From Marsupella aquatica (taxonomy: Eukaryota; Plantae; Marchantiophyta): a stretch of 64,000 bases of DNA. The first letter of the stretch is position 1, and the number at the start of each line of letters is the position of its first letter. Of this stretch, positions 28,973-41,792 are shown one piece after another. The notes below the pieces were generated by a model. That model was not told where the DNA came from and ran no database searches. It worked only from the letters and a program-made list of their open reading frames with translations. The position numbers were made by a program, and so were the translations under genes. The stretch is from contig OZ316891.1 in assembly GCA_973895155.1 (NCBI GenBank), positions 31,875,112 to 31,939,111 of the forward strand, read 5' to 3'.

Positions 28973-31900
28973 TGAGGTCTATCAACGGTCCAGATCTGAG
29001 ATTGAAAGGTCCCCTCTTTCATGTCGTCGCTTCTTTTACATTCCTCTTCTTGGCTCTTCTTCTTTCTATCCTCAAGTTTCCAATCTCATAGCAAAAAGAA
29101 CTTGCGGCCATTATCCTCATATCCCATGGCAACGAACTAACCCTATCCTAAAAATGGTTTCAATTACCGGGTTCCACTCGTCGAAGGTGCCCAACTTCCT
29201 TATCCCTAAATCACATCCAAAACTCCACATCATTAAATCCAGGGTGGTCGAGGAGATCCATATCTCAAGTTGAAATTTCCTTACAAGAATCATAAAAAAA
29301 CGGGTTGCTGTCTCCCTTGCCGGTTGTTAGTCTCCTTGGATTTTCATTGAGTTTACATAGTCACCTAGGTTCTTCACCTCTTTTCTTATTTCTTCTTTTA
29401 AGCCTCTTTGTTCATCCGAAAACCTCTTTTTATTCCTTATCAAACACTTGTCTTCCTCCCCGAAAACATCTTTGTTTCGCATTTCTTCTTTTGATGGTTC
29501 ATTTTCTCTGCTTACACATTTCCTGAGCTTCGTCCAGGACTCGTAACCGAGAAATCTTCCTCTGTTTTTATTCTTCTCTTACTTTAATCCCGTGTGCTTT
29601 GGATGAAATTTTCTTTTTGCTCGCCTGGAATTCTTGATTGTTAGTGCTTAATCTTCTTCAATCCTTTTGTTCACTCGACAGCTCTCTACTTGAACACACT
29701 CACATCTTCACAACGTCATCTTCCTTTAAGACTCTGTGTCTCTTGATCTTAAACCTTATCGAAAGGAGTTAGCAGTTTGATTTCTGTCACCCAAAAATCT
29801 CAATTTCAGCGTCTTTTAAGTGTCTCTGGCTCAAACGACTCCGTTTTCTCTTCGCTTGACGCCAATTTTCTCTCAATCTCCACCGATCAATTCACCCCAA
29901 ACTGATGCTCCTGCTACCATTTTGACTTCGTTTTCTACTTATGTTACGAGCACTTTCATCATGGCCCGAGGCGCTATAAATTCCATCAAGTCCCGGAGAG
30001 AAGTTAACGTTTTTGAGGAGTCAACTCTTTTCCTTCGCGCATCCCATCACTTTGTCTTGCAGTTCTCACAACTAAATTCTGTTCTCAGACAATTTCAATC
30101 ACCTTTTCTCTTCACTTGAGAACACACGAAGCCCTTTGAGCACCTTTTTTTTATCTCTCTTCATTGAAGTACTCTCAATCGAAGGCGCCCGAAGTTTACC
30201 ACGCACACTCCCGCCTTGCTGCTTCTGCTCCACAATTTTCCATCTCGTTCACAAAAAATACCTAGATTGTCCTTTCTATCGACCTTCTTTTCTTCACCTC
30301 CATTCCCTGCCACTTGAAACTCGTCATCCAGTTCCTCCGTAGTTGAGCTCTACTCACTATCCCCACCCAAAAGCAACGACTAAAAAAACAGCACTTCTTT
30401 TTCCCTCCCGAACTCACGTAGTGCGCGCTACTCCTCTTTGATTTGCTTTTGAACTTCTTCGATCCTTTTCGCCTCAAATTTCCATTAACTCCTTTCAAGC
30501 TTCCCAGAACTGCTCGCAGACCTTCAGCTCTTTTCTTTTCTGCACGCAACACCAAAACATCGAGCACACACTACTTGCCATCTTGTTTGCGCGAGCACAC
30601 TCCTCTTCTCCGTTTGACCTCAAAATCCCAAAATTTTTCCCCATTTCCCACACCACAATACACTCTACTCACACTCGGTTCCTCCGTTTTTCCTCCACTC
30701 AAACCTGCTACGCGCGCATGGCCTCTGATTCCATCTCTAACCTCCACACAACTGCCATGTTCACAGTGTCCTTATCAATTTGAATTCTCCCAGGCCGCCA
30801 CATGTCACCTCCACATTAAATGCCTCAAATTCCTTATGCCTAAGCTCCAACTTTCACCCTTTTATTCCTCTTTTGTCCCATTATCTTTCTTTTAAAGTCC
30901 AGTTTGCTCTATGTTTCTCTCCTTCACAAACAGAGAACTATGTCATTCCGAGCCGGACAAAAGCAAGTCGACTAGATCCAGCACACTCCACTTCAATCGT
31001 CAAACATTCTTCCCGACGACAACGCAGGGAAGAACAATTCAGCAGATAGACTTCAGCCAACCTACTGTAGCAACTGTAATGTACATATATAAGTAAGACG
31101 GATTTTGGTCTTTTTAGCAAGCAGTACATGGCTATAATATCTCCGAGGGCTCTAACTTGAGACTAAGGAAAACCTTGAGGACAGTTGTTTAGGACATAAG
31201 GCCAGACTGGGTACTGGGAATTTAGGACTAAGGATTGACAAAAGTTTGCTAATTGAGGACTTGGACCAGAGAACTCATTGAGTAGGGATGGCAGATTGAG
31301 GACTCAATCAGGGTGGAGGACTAATGACTTAGGGTAGAGGACTGAGGACTCAGGATGGAGGATTGAAGACTCAAGGAAAAGGACTCAGAATGAAGGACTC
31401 AGGATTTGGGGCAGAGGATTGAGGACTCGGGCAGAGGATTGATGACTCGGGCAAAGGACTGAGGACTCGGGCAGAGGATTGAGGACTGAGGACTCTGGCA
31501 GAGGACTCAGGAAAAAGGACTGAGGACTCATAGTAAAAAACTGAGGACTCATGGCAAAGACTAAGGACTGAGGACTCCGGACGTTCAGACTAAGGACTCT
31601 GGACGGAGGAATTGAGCACTAGTGACCAAGGACTGAGGACCAACGACGGATAACTGAGGACTAGAGACAAAAGACAAAGGACTTCAAACAGAGGATAGGG
31701 GACTGGTGATGGAGAAAAAATGGTGAACACACCTCAGTATCCTCCTCCATATTGCTAGGAACCCAAGGATGCATATATTGCTGCCAGAGTCTTGGGCTCA
31801 AGGGTGTACATTCTATATCGTCCCTTTCTTGCCTCACATGGAGTGAGACCAAATCAAAGGTGAACTACTATCTCAGGATGGGCGTAGCTCATGCCAACTA

Positions 31901-34204
31901 GATCGTTCACCACAAATTTGTTATCTTGCCTTGGGACCTGTTGAAACCACACTGCCCTCAAAGCTAAATCACCCTTGTTAAATTCCTCTCCATACAAGTC
32001 CTTGAAACTCTTCTTCACGGTGTGCAAAGTCTGCTCACATTGAAGAATGTAGAAGTCCACATTCCACTTGTTATCTATCTCAGCCTTCCCTGCAAAGAAG
32101 TCACCTTGTTGAACCAATTCGGCCAGCAGCCCATCCTCCCATTGGTAAGGTCCTTCCCCCACTCCCATTTCTTCCACATCAGTTCTCACATCACTTGGCA
32201 GGACTCCTTTCACCATGACAAGCTTAAACTGTCCAGCCCAACTTCTATTCTCACATTGCAAAGGTTCATCATCTAAGCAATGAGGACAAAAACGACAAAG
32301 TTCTATGACTTGAAGGAGAGTTGATAGGCGGTTACTAAATCCATCAAAGCAGTGTAAGGATTGGGAACCTTGGATAGGATCACAGCCCCATTTCTTCTTG
32401 CGATTGACAGCTCCCATTGGAATCTCCCAAAACAGGCGTCAAACAAGTTGGACGTCTCCATACTCCGTTTCTTGGCCCATAGCAAATTTGTCCTTGTAGA
32501 ACAAAACCACATCATGGGCATTCTCCAATCAATGTTCATGGATTCCCTTCAGCTGTTCTATCTCAATCCCCTGCTTTATGTGGCCTCCAAGGGCATCCTA
32601 AAAGCACACACCATAGTACTCATCTCAGGAAATGAAACTTGGATGAATCAATATAGAACAACAAAGTTACTGTAGGGAACTTCAGCTTAAAACACAATTT
32701 GGAATGAGCGGATGTACATATAAAGTAATATTGCAACTTACAACGACACCTTTTCCGTGCCCTAAAGCATGGAAATACCACTTCATTCGTGCACCAAATC
32801 TTTTGTAGTATTTGGATACATAATAAAAAGGTCTGCAAGCCTTGAACTGTGAAGCAGCCCCATCTGACCAGACCCAATGTTGCTCAAATTGAATTCCTTC
32901 CTCCCTCAACCACTGGTTATGAGCATCCATACAATGTTGGACGAAGAGAGCGTCGTGACAATTGTCATCACTGATATAAAAATGATAATCTGCAATAATG
33001 TCTCGACCACCCTCCTCATCCAATGCCATCCGAACCGTACTTCCAATAGCAGCCTCCATAGATTCCACACAATCTTCTCTATGCCTATAAGTGACATGAA
33101 TCAACAAAGTGACCTGTCTATATATTATCCCAGTGTTGACTCTATATCTCATTTTGGATTTTGAACGTGTAACTTTCAGAGAAATTAATAGATGACACTA
33201 TAGTTCCTCTAGGGAAAGTTTTTGAACAAAGTTTGAATTGTTCTGACTGCCAACGTGCTCTGAAATTATGCACAATGAATGTCTTCATTGTATTCAAAAC
33301 CTGACTTTTGAATTCACCCATTGAAGTTCTCTTAAACACCATTCTCAACCGTTTTGACTTTTTTGTAGCACTCTCGTCTATTCCTTTTTCTTCTCTCTCT
33401 TTTGTTGGGCTTTCTTGTCTAACTCCAAATACTGAAATGTCTCCACTCAATAAATTGCTTGTCAACTCAATCTAACTCAGATGTACACCAATCCAACTTG
33501 TTGACACCACAATTCTTATAGGAACCCATGATACATTTCTTTCCATGCCACTGCTTCCCCTCAGCTCTTGGACACAGAGCTCCCTCTATCCAACCCCGTA
33601 CGTATGTTATTGTTGTTCTAGAAGCTACACAACTCTGCAAAGGAGCATCAACTGATGTGCAAATGGGGCAATCACAAGAGCAATGCTTATTGTGTTGATG
33701 CTTCCTGAATTTGTTGACTGCCTCCTTCAAGAGGTCCATTTCAACATGCATGTTGCTTACAACAACAAATGTTTCTGTCTTTCATAGGACGAATGTAGTA
33801 AGGCTTCATATACTGAAAAGACCTGAAGTCTATATGAACTCCATTCTCGTCTTTGCCACAAAACTCCTGGAATTTCAGAATAAACTCCACCTGAAAAAGA
33901 TGCAAGCATTGCTCCAAAACATATTCAATCATTGTACACAAAGATGCAGTAGAGTTCAAATCGCTTACTGATGAACATGAAAGCTCCTGTACCCTATTGT
34001 AAGCCCTATTTGAATGTCATTGATAATGACAAATTAACAAAATCTAACCTGGGTATCCTCTGGCCAATGCACCTGATGCTCCTCGTACACATTTCTACTC
34101 AATCTTAGTCTAGCCTTGTCCTTGGCGCAAGGAGAGATTTGAGTATTTGTTTCCCAAAACTTTTCCACAATTCTTTGGACTTCAACTGAAATTTTGTTGC
34201 TTCT

Positions 34205-34393
34205 TGTTAGAATACACTTAACCCTAACTCATAGAGTGATACAAAGGGGTATATAGGGACTAGATATAGAGAGTCATGAGACTAGGAGAAGGTAGTTATA
34301 ACCATCCAATGTGTAACACCTTATAAGCCACATTGGCTCATGAAAGGATTATCTTTGTGTTGTTGGTGTATGAATTATAACCATCGTCTAACA
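34205..34393 (+). repeat. copia 5' LTR
   Basis: tgttagaatacac...cgtctaaca, repeated at 39516. Confidence 0.97.
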
Positions 34394-34564
34394 CGTTATC
34401 AGCACGATTTATGCCCTTCAATCTTCTCGAGCTTATGTTTTTTTTTCCCTCTTTCTCTTTTTGATAACTTCCAATTGTCATCGACAATTCTTCACCGCCC
34501 GCACCCTGATTTACACAGACCACGACCAATTCCCCAGGGCTACTAGACTTCAATTAACCTGACA

Positions 34565-37500
34565 ATGACAACTTTGGAGAAGCTCCAATTCCCGTCACTC
34601 GTAATAGACGGCGAGAATTACTTATCTTGGGCACAGAATGCCGAAATTGTTCTCAACATGAAAGGCCTTGGCGATATTTTATTGGGGGACAATTATGGAA
34701 CATTACAGGAGAAGGCCCAGGCCCTGTACATTATCCGCCATCACCTAGACGCTGATTTACAACTTGAATATCTCATAGAGTATAACCCGAGAGCCCTCTG
34801 GGATGCTCTAAAATTGAGGTTCGATCACCTCCGCCTAATCTCCCTTCCAGCCGCTCGCAACGAATGGATTCATCTAAGAGTCCTAGAGTACTCGACTATT
34901 GCAAAATACAACAGTGCCCTCTTCCGTATAACTGCTCAACTCGCAACATGCGGAGAACCCATCAACGAGGCAGCCAGATCAAAAAAACACTCTCCACATT
35001 CTCTGCAACAAATATGCAATTGTCACAGATCTACCGACAACGCCACTTCACCCAATTCTCTGATCTAATTGCAGTTATGCTCCTGGCTAAGAAGAACGAT
35101 CTCCTTCTCCTTAAGAACTCCCGAGAAAGACCACCAGGTACGCTACCCAGGACTGAAACCCAATTCACGAGTACCAACAGAGGTAATCCCTCTTACAAAG
35201 GCAACAATGGCCCTCTTAGAAGAAATACGGGCCGCTTCAAAAGATTTAATTGGAGACGCCAAGCACGCACGGACAACGGCACCACACAGCCAACCACAAA
35301 TCCTTGGCAACGCAAGCCAAATTATACTCAAAACATACCTGCACACATCACACCCACAAAGAATCAGGCTAAGTGTTTCCGTTGCGGCGGACCTGGTCAT
35401 ATCCAAAAGAACTGTAAAGTCCAATCCCACCTGGTCAAACTATACCAGGCCTCTCTTCAAACCACGAACACGGCCATAGCTGCAAACCACCTTGAGATTG
35501 ATGAAGACCTCTCACAATACACACTTGCAATGCCCCCACCAGAGATACACATGGTATTACAGGGAAAGAACCCCAACTCACCCTCCGACATCGATACCTG
35601 CATCCTCGACAGTGGCACCTCTCACACAATATTAAAAGATAAACAATACTTTCAGCACATATCCCCATCCAATAGACCTGTGACCACCATTACAGGTATA
35701 AACCAATTAGAAGGACACGGACCCGCTGAACTCACCCTCCCGAATGGCACAATTATTCAAATCCAATCTGCCATCTATGCCCCGTTGGCAACCAGAAATC
35801 TACTCAGCTTCCACGATATTCGCCAAAACAACCTCCACATTCGCTCTGCACCTGACCACCAAGTAGATGCTTTGCAGATCTTTCAGGAAACTGATACTGG
35901 CCCAATCATACTAGAGACCTCACCACTTCTTCCCCCTGGAGTATACGCCACCAAAATTACAGCTTATCATTTACAGGCCCAACCCTTATCACCCACAGAA
36001 CTATGGCACTTCCGCCTTGGCCACCCTGGCCCAGGAATGTACCACAAAATCCTCAAGAACACCACGGGCATTCCCCAAGGAGTCCATCCATCATCTAAAC
36101 ATGAGACATGCATCCCATGTGCACAAGGCAAATTGATTACAATGCCTGCCACCACTAAAAACACCTACCACATACCTGATTTCCTCTCACAGATAAACGT
36201 GGATGTCTGCGGCCCAATAGACCCACCAAGTGGACCATTTCGGTTCTTTCTAGTGATGATATGCTCATCCACGAAATGGTCCTCGGTCTCACTAATCTCC
36301 ACCCGAAATCTGGTATTTGCTCGCCTACTAACTCAGATTATACGCCTAAGAACTCAATTCCCTGACTCAGCTATCAAGACAATAAGAATCAACAATGCTG
36401 GTGAATTCACATCACCTGCCTTCGACAATTTCTGCCAAGCCCTGGGTATCACCATTCAATACTCGGTACCATATGTACATTTCCAAAATGGCGTTGCAGA
36501 AGCAATGATCAAACGTATACAACTTATCTCAAGACCTATATTACTACAGACACAATTGCCACTTACAGCTTGGGGACATGTCGTACTCCATGGTGCCGCA
36601 TTATTAAGGTACAGACCATCGGCCTTCAACACTTACACACCACATCAGCTAGCATATGGATCTACACCAGACGTTACACACCTGAAAATGTTTGGCTGTC
36701 TTGTTCTCGTCCCAATTCTAGGCCCTAAACATACTAAAATGGGACCACAGCGGCAACGCGGCATCTATGTGGGATTCGACTCTCCTTCAATCGTCAGGTA
36801 CCTCGAACCAACTACAGCTGATGTGTTCCGAGCTAGATACCAGGATTGTAAATTCTGTGAGGATATTTTTCCCCCACTCCTTACCCCTGCACAACTCTAC
36901 AAACAGAACACTCTAACCCCTACGTTAGAATGGACAACTAAGGACCCATTCTGGAATGACCCCCGTACACAACTCACAAACGACGAAGTAAAGCGCATCC
37001 TGAATCTTCACCGAATCATGGAAAAAATACCAGACGCCTTTAATGATGCTGCTGCTGCCACGAAATCCCATATAGAAGCAGCTAACGTCCCTACCATAAT
37101 TTCCATGCCCGATACCCGAGCCACAGACCTTGCCCCCAAGGCAAAGAGAGGCAGACCCCCTGGATCTAAAGACTCCAGATCACGAGAGAAGAAACCCGTA
37201 TCAACACAGCTCTACTTACGTTCACCAGGAACTACACTGGTCGATAACGAAGAAATATCAATACATTACATGCATACCGGGCACTTATGGCCTAGAGATA
37301 TAACTGAACCTGACGAACATTTTGCCTTTCTTATCTCCCAAGATATATCTAGTGACTTACCAGATCCCCGGAATATTAAAGAAGCTCAACAACGTCCCGA
37401 TTGGCCTAAATGGGACTCTGCCATTAACTCCGAGCTTGACTCACTCATAAGCCGCCAAGTATTTGGACAGATTCGAATTGTACCTGCTGAACAACATCTC

Positions 37501-39236
37501 ACAGGATACAGAATTACACTAGTACGTAAATGAAATGCAGCAGGTGAAGTAGTCCGCTATAAAGCCCGACTTGTTGCTAGAGGCTATACACAAATCTATG
37601 GAAAAGACTATGACTTGACTCATTCCCCAGTTATGGACTCTATCACTTACAGATTCTTGATTGCCTTCGCTCTTACACATAAACTCCTAATGCACCTTAT
37701 GGACGTTGTTACCGCTTACCTTTATGGCATACTCGACACTGATATCCATATGAAAGCTCCACCCGAGCTAATTCAAAGAGTAACCTTCCACATTAAGGGG
37801 GAGCATCAAACTACTCTATCCCCGGACATACAGTCGGGTATTGATAAGATTGTTCCTACACAGGAACTTAAGGATTACCTTGTTCAATCAGGCCCATTGG
37901 TACCTGAACAAATAACTGAACACTTATCAGAGGATCAGAACGTACATGAAAAGCAAATTGCTTATGGTGAACATCAAACGAATTCTTCATTGAATTCCCT
38001 GGGTTTACCCACAGAGGTAAACCTCGTTCATCAGAGGATACCTAAACCTCAAAAACCAGCGAAAGCATTTGCTGTACAGGTTCTTCGGTCCATTTATGGC
38101 TTAAAACAGAGTGGCCGTATTTGGTACAAGCGCTTCCGTGCTGAGATGATAGCACTTGGTTTCGTGAATGAGGACATCGCTCCCTGCCTATTCATAAAAC
38201 GAGCTGGAACTGAATTTATTATCATAGCAATCTATGTAGATGATATAAATCTTATGGGCACTAAGCTTCTTATGGAACAAACAATTACAACACTCAAAGG
38301 CATCTTCGCAATGAAGGATATTGGGACACCCCTTTTCTGCCTTGGCATTCAATTCGAACACTTACCTAATGGCGTTCTGATTCACCAATCCACATATATA
38401 TACCAGGAAGATATTAAAACAATTTAATATGGACAAGTCATACCCTGTCACAACACCTATGGAACTTCGCTCCTTAGATTCATCCAAAGATATGTACAAG
38501 CGCAGAACTGAACAAGAACCGATCTTGGGCCCAGAGAAACCTTACCTCTCACCTATAGGCGCCTTGATGTACCTGGCAAACCAGACACGCCCGGATATCT
38601 CCTTCGCTGTCAACTTGTTGGCTCGCCACAACTCTCAGCCAACGGTAAGACATTGGAACGGTATCAAGAGAATTTTGCGCTACCTCCAAGGTACGATTGA
38701 CACTGGCCTCTACTTTCCCAAAGATATGCCTAATGAACTGATTGGTTTCGCTGACGCAGGTTACCTCTCCGATCCTAATGATGCCAAGTCCCAGACGGGC
38801 TATGTCTTCCTGCAAGGATCCACGGCAATATCCTGGAAAAGTACTAAGCAGACACTGACAACAACTTCCTCCAACCATGCGGAAATAATCGCCCTATACG
38901 AAGCTAGTCGCGAATGCTTATGGCTTCGCCAACTTAATTATCAACCATATCCACGTCTCCACCGGTCAAGAAGTCCTCACCAAACCAACAATCATCTACG
39001 AAGATAACAGACCCTGCGTTGACCAAATTGCTAAAGGATTTATCAAGGGAGATCGAATTAAGCACATAGCACCTAAATTCTTCCATACACATGAACAACA
39101 TGGTGATCAGATTAACGTTCAATGGATACCTTCCAAAGACAATTGCGCCGATCTATTCACGAAGCCCTTACCTCGTGTCCTGCATGAAGCACACTCGACA
39201 GGAATCGGCCTACGCAAACTCTCAGATTTTCCCTAG
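34565..39236 (+). pseudogene. copia gag-pol polyprotein with lesions
   Basis: KLQFPSLVIDGENYLSW gag start, CFRCGGPGHIQKNC, DSGT protease, WHFRLGH/CIPC integrase, YGLKQSG, YVDD, and ADAGY RNase H. Frameshifts near 34975, 38400 and 38940; stop at 37531. Confidence 0.92.
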
Positions 39237-39515
39237 TACCTAAATGCCCTCGACTACTCGTTTCAGGCATTATTATTACGATCACCCTAAACCCGTAATA
39301 CCTGGTAGAATGACATATTACTACTTAGTATATACTTAGTCCCCTCAACTTAACGAACTTATTACATGTAAGACAGTGATACTCTTTTTACCCCAAAGAA
39401 GAAAGCAGGGGGTTTTTAATGAGATCATGTCGTTCATAAGTTCTAATATACCCTGAATTAGGATTAACTCTATTCTATAGAATGGTTACTTTCTATTGAA
39501 GTAACCAAGGGGGAG

Positions 39516-39704
39516 TGTTAGAATACACTTAACCCTAACTCATAGAGTGATACAAAGGGGTATATAGGGACTAGATATAGAGAGTCATGAGACTAGGAGA
39601 AGGTAGTTATAACCATCCAATGTGTAACACCTTATAAGCCACATTGGCTCATGAAAGGATTATCTTTGTGTTGTTGGTGTATGAATTATAACCATCGTCT
39701 AACA
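39516..39704 (+). repeat. copia 3' LTR
   Basis: Preceded by the PPT at 39507-39515 and followed by TSD CTTCT. Confidence 0.97.
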
Positions 39705-41792
39705 CTTCTCACTTTCCTTTCCCCCATTGGAAACCTTATCAAACAATCAGAATCTATGGACTTCCTCCTTCTTGAAGCTTTATATATGACGAGCCCTATG
39801 CTAGTGCTTTGCACTGTGCAAGGAGGGCAGGCCCATAGGGATTGGTCGTGGCATTAGGGGCAAGGAGAAGCAAATATGTGATAGGGGTGTACATTTCTCT
39901 CATCAATGGTCAGCAAAAATAGCTAATAAAATCCAATGGCTGTGGATCTTTCCCGCCCAGGAGCTTTTTTGTATGGGGACGAAGGACAAAAAAAGGTGGG
40001 ATCCCTTATTATAGTTGTAGATTTTCCATTTGATACCCAAAGCCCCAGCCACTGAAGTCTGATATCTATTCACTACTGTGGCCTGGCTTGCCAATGCAAC
40101 TGTCAAGATCTACTTTGCACCTAGATGGTCTTTCTGCTTTGCAGTCTTCAGTTTTTGCAAGCAATTCTTTAGGTCAGCAACTGCAGCAAGTATCGCTACA
40201 TCTCTCCGACAAGTGCCAAAAATTGCAGGGAGGTACTTCTTCAAGGAAAGATGGAGCATAAACTTAGTGAAAAATAGCTTCCTTGCAGACAAATAGGTCA
40301 CCGCCACAGACACCTGAGACTGAACACTTTGTCTTCCCCTATTGGAATTCAATTCGTCTTCTAAATCACCAGCAGACCCACATTGCCAAGCCTTTGTGCG
40401 TGTATTACCCTTTTTTTCCCAGTATGCTGCTTGCTTCCTTTGAGCATCTCATGCTCTAAATTCTGTTGAAGCAGAGGATTGACGGTTTGCTTGCCTTGAA
40501 GCTGAACTCTCCCGCTGCAGCTCTGAAGGTTGGCCATGCATGCTCTCACCAAGAAGTTGCCCATCTAAGGACCAAAGACGTGCTTCTTGACGCCCTATGC
40601 GATTGCGGAGAGTGTGTCTTCTTTGTATCAATTTGTCACATTGTAATTGTGTAGATTGTAGGATGCTAGTAGCTTGTGTACTTGCATTCACTGTGATGTC
40701 GGCAGCCTCTTGGGAAGCCTCCGCACAAATTCTACTCACTTCATCCTTAGTAGATGAAATCATTTGCTGGCATTTGTTTTGTGCATCTCCCAACAATCCC
40801 TGTCCAGCCATATCGTTACTATTACCACCATGTGCAATCGATTGTCCATGGGTGATCCATTGCTGCCTATTACAATAGGACTTGCGTTTGCTAAGGTTTT
40901 GCCTTTCTGATCTCTCTCTTGCTAGGGCATTGTGTACTTCAGCAAGACTGGCCATCCGATGTTAGACACCGCATCAAGTACTAGACAGAACTTGGGAGGT
41001 ATTGAAAGTGAGATGCGGAGCATCCGAGCATTCAGATTCTACCTGATACTAGGCCAATACTTCTAAACTTGCCTACCCATTTGATCCTACGAGCACCATG
41101 GCAAAGCTCAACAATTGCCTGAGGTCCACCAACGCTTCAATCACAGTGCTCCTCCTATGGGCAATCTTCGAGATGCATTGTTGTAAATCAAACTTCCACA
41201 ATGAATCATCAACTCCCGATCCAAAGCTTCAACTCTCCAACTATGCCCCATCCCCAACAACTCAGCTCTCACATTGCGTGTGTATGGCACAAGCTCCTTC
41301 AATGAGTAATCGACCACCATAGCCATCCCTAACCCCTAAGCCCTTTGCTATTGGTGCATGCCCGTCCCAAGACAATTCAAGCCTAACTTGTGCTTAGAAC
41401 AAAATCCGCGATCAATTTCAAACATCAACTATGAGTCCTTGCCCACTTTAGTCCTTGTTTTCAAAAGCATCGACTATGAGTCCTTGTATTCAAACACATT
41501 GCAAGCCGCAACTTTCTCTATTCAATGTCACGAGATCCAAGGAGAACATTTATGCATCGTCCTTCCTAAAGTCCAAGATAGGAATTATGCATAGACTGTA
41601 CTTCAACCGGTCCAAATGAATACTTCATGCATCTTTGATTGATCTTCAAATCCAGCCTTTGATTTGGCCCTTCTACATCTTGGCCCTTGAGTGTAACACA
41701 CCCCAATTTATTGCAAAATTCATGAGGACTCACTCCTTTTGGTGGAGACTTTGGAGATCCTTTTTATGTACCCTTCAATCATGCTTTCCACC

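Larger units (their letters stand above)
34205..39704 (+). mobile_element. Full-length Ty1/copia retrotransposon (Bianca-like)
   Basis: 189-bp TG..CA LTRs at 34205-34393 and 39516-39704 read as identical. TSD CTTCT, PBS CGTTATCAGCACGA, PPT AAGGGGGAG. Domain order is gag-PR-INT-RT-RH. Confidence 0.97.
31854..40955 (-). pseudogene. Sola2-like DDD transposase, spliced, disrupted
   Basis: Motifs FWETNTQISP, MKPYYI..CCCKQH, INFSESY..IQNEI, ISDDNCHD, VWSDGAASQFK and GHGKG. Intron at about 33890-34050. Several stops and frameshifts. The frame continues across the copia TSD. Confidence 0.75.
31022..41792 (-). mobile_element. Large Sola-like DNA transposon, copy B (TIR, transposase, 3' repeats), interrupted by a copia
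   Basis: Terminus GGTGGAAAGCATGATTGAAGGGTAC at 41792, transposase fragments, and homology to 1-961 ending at 31022. Confidence 0.7.
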
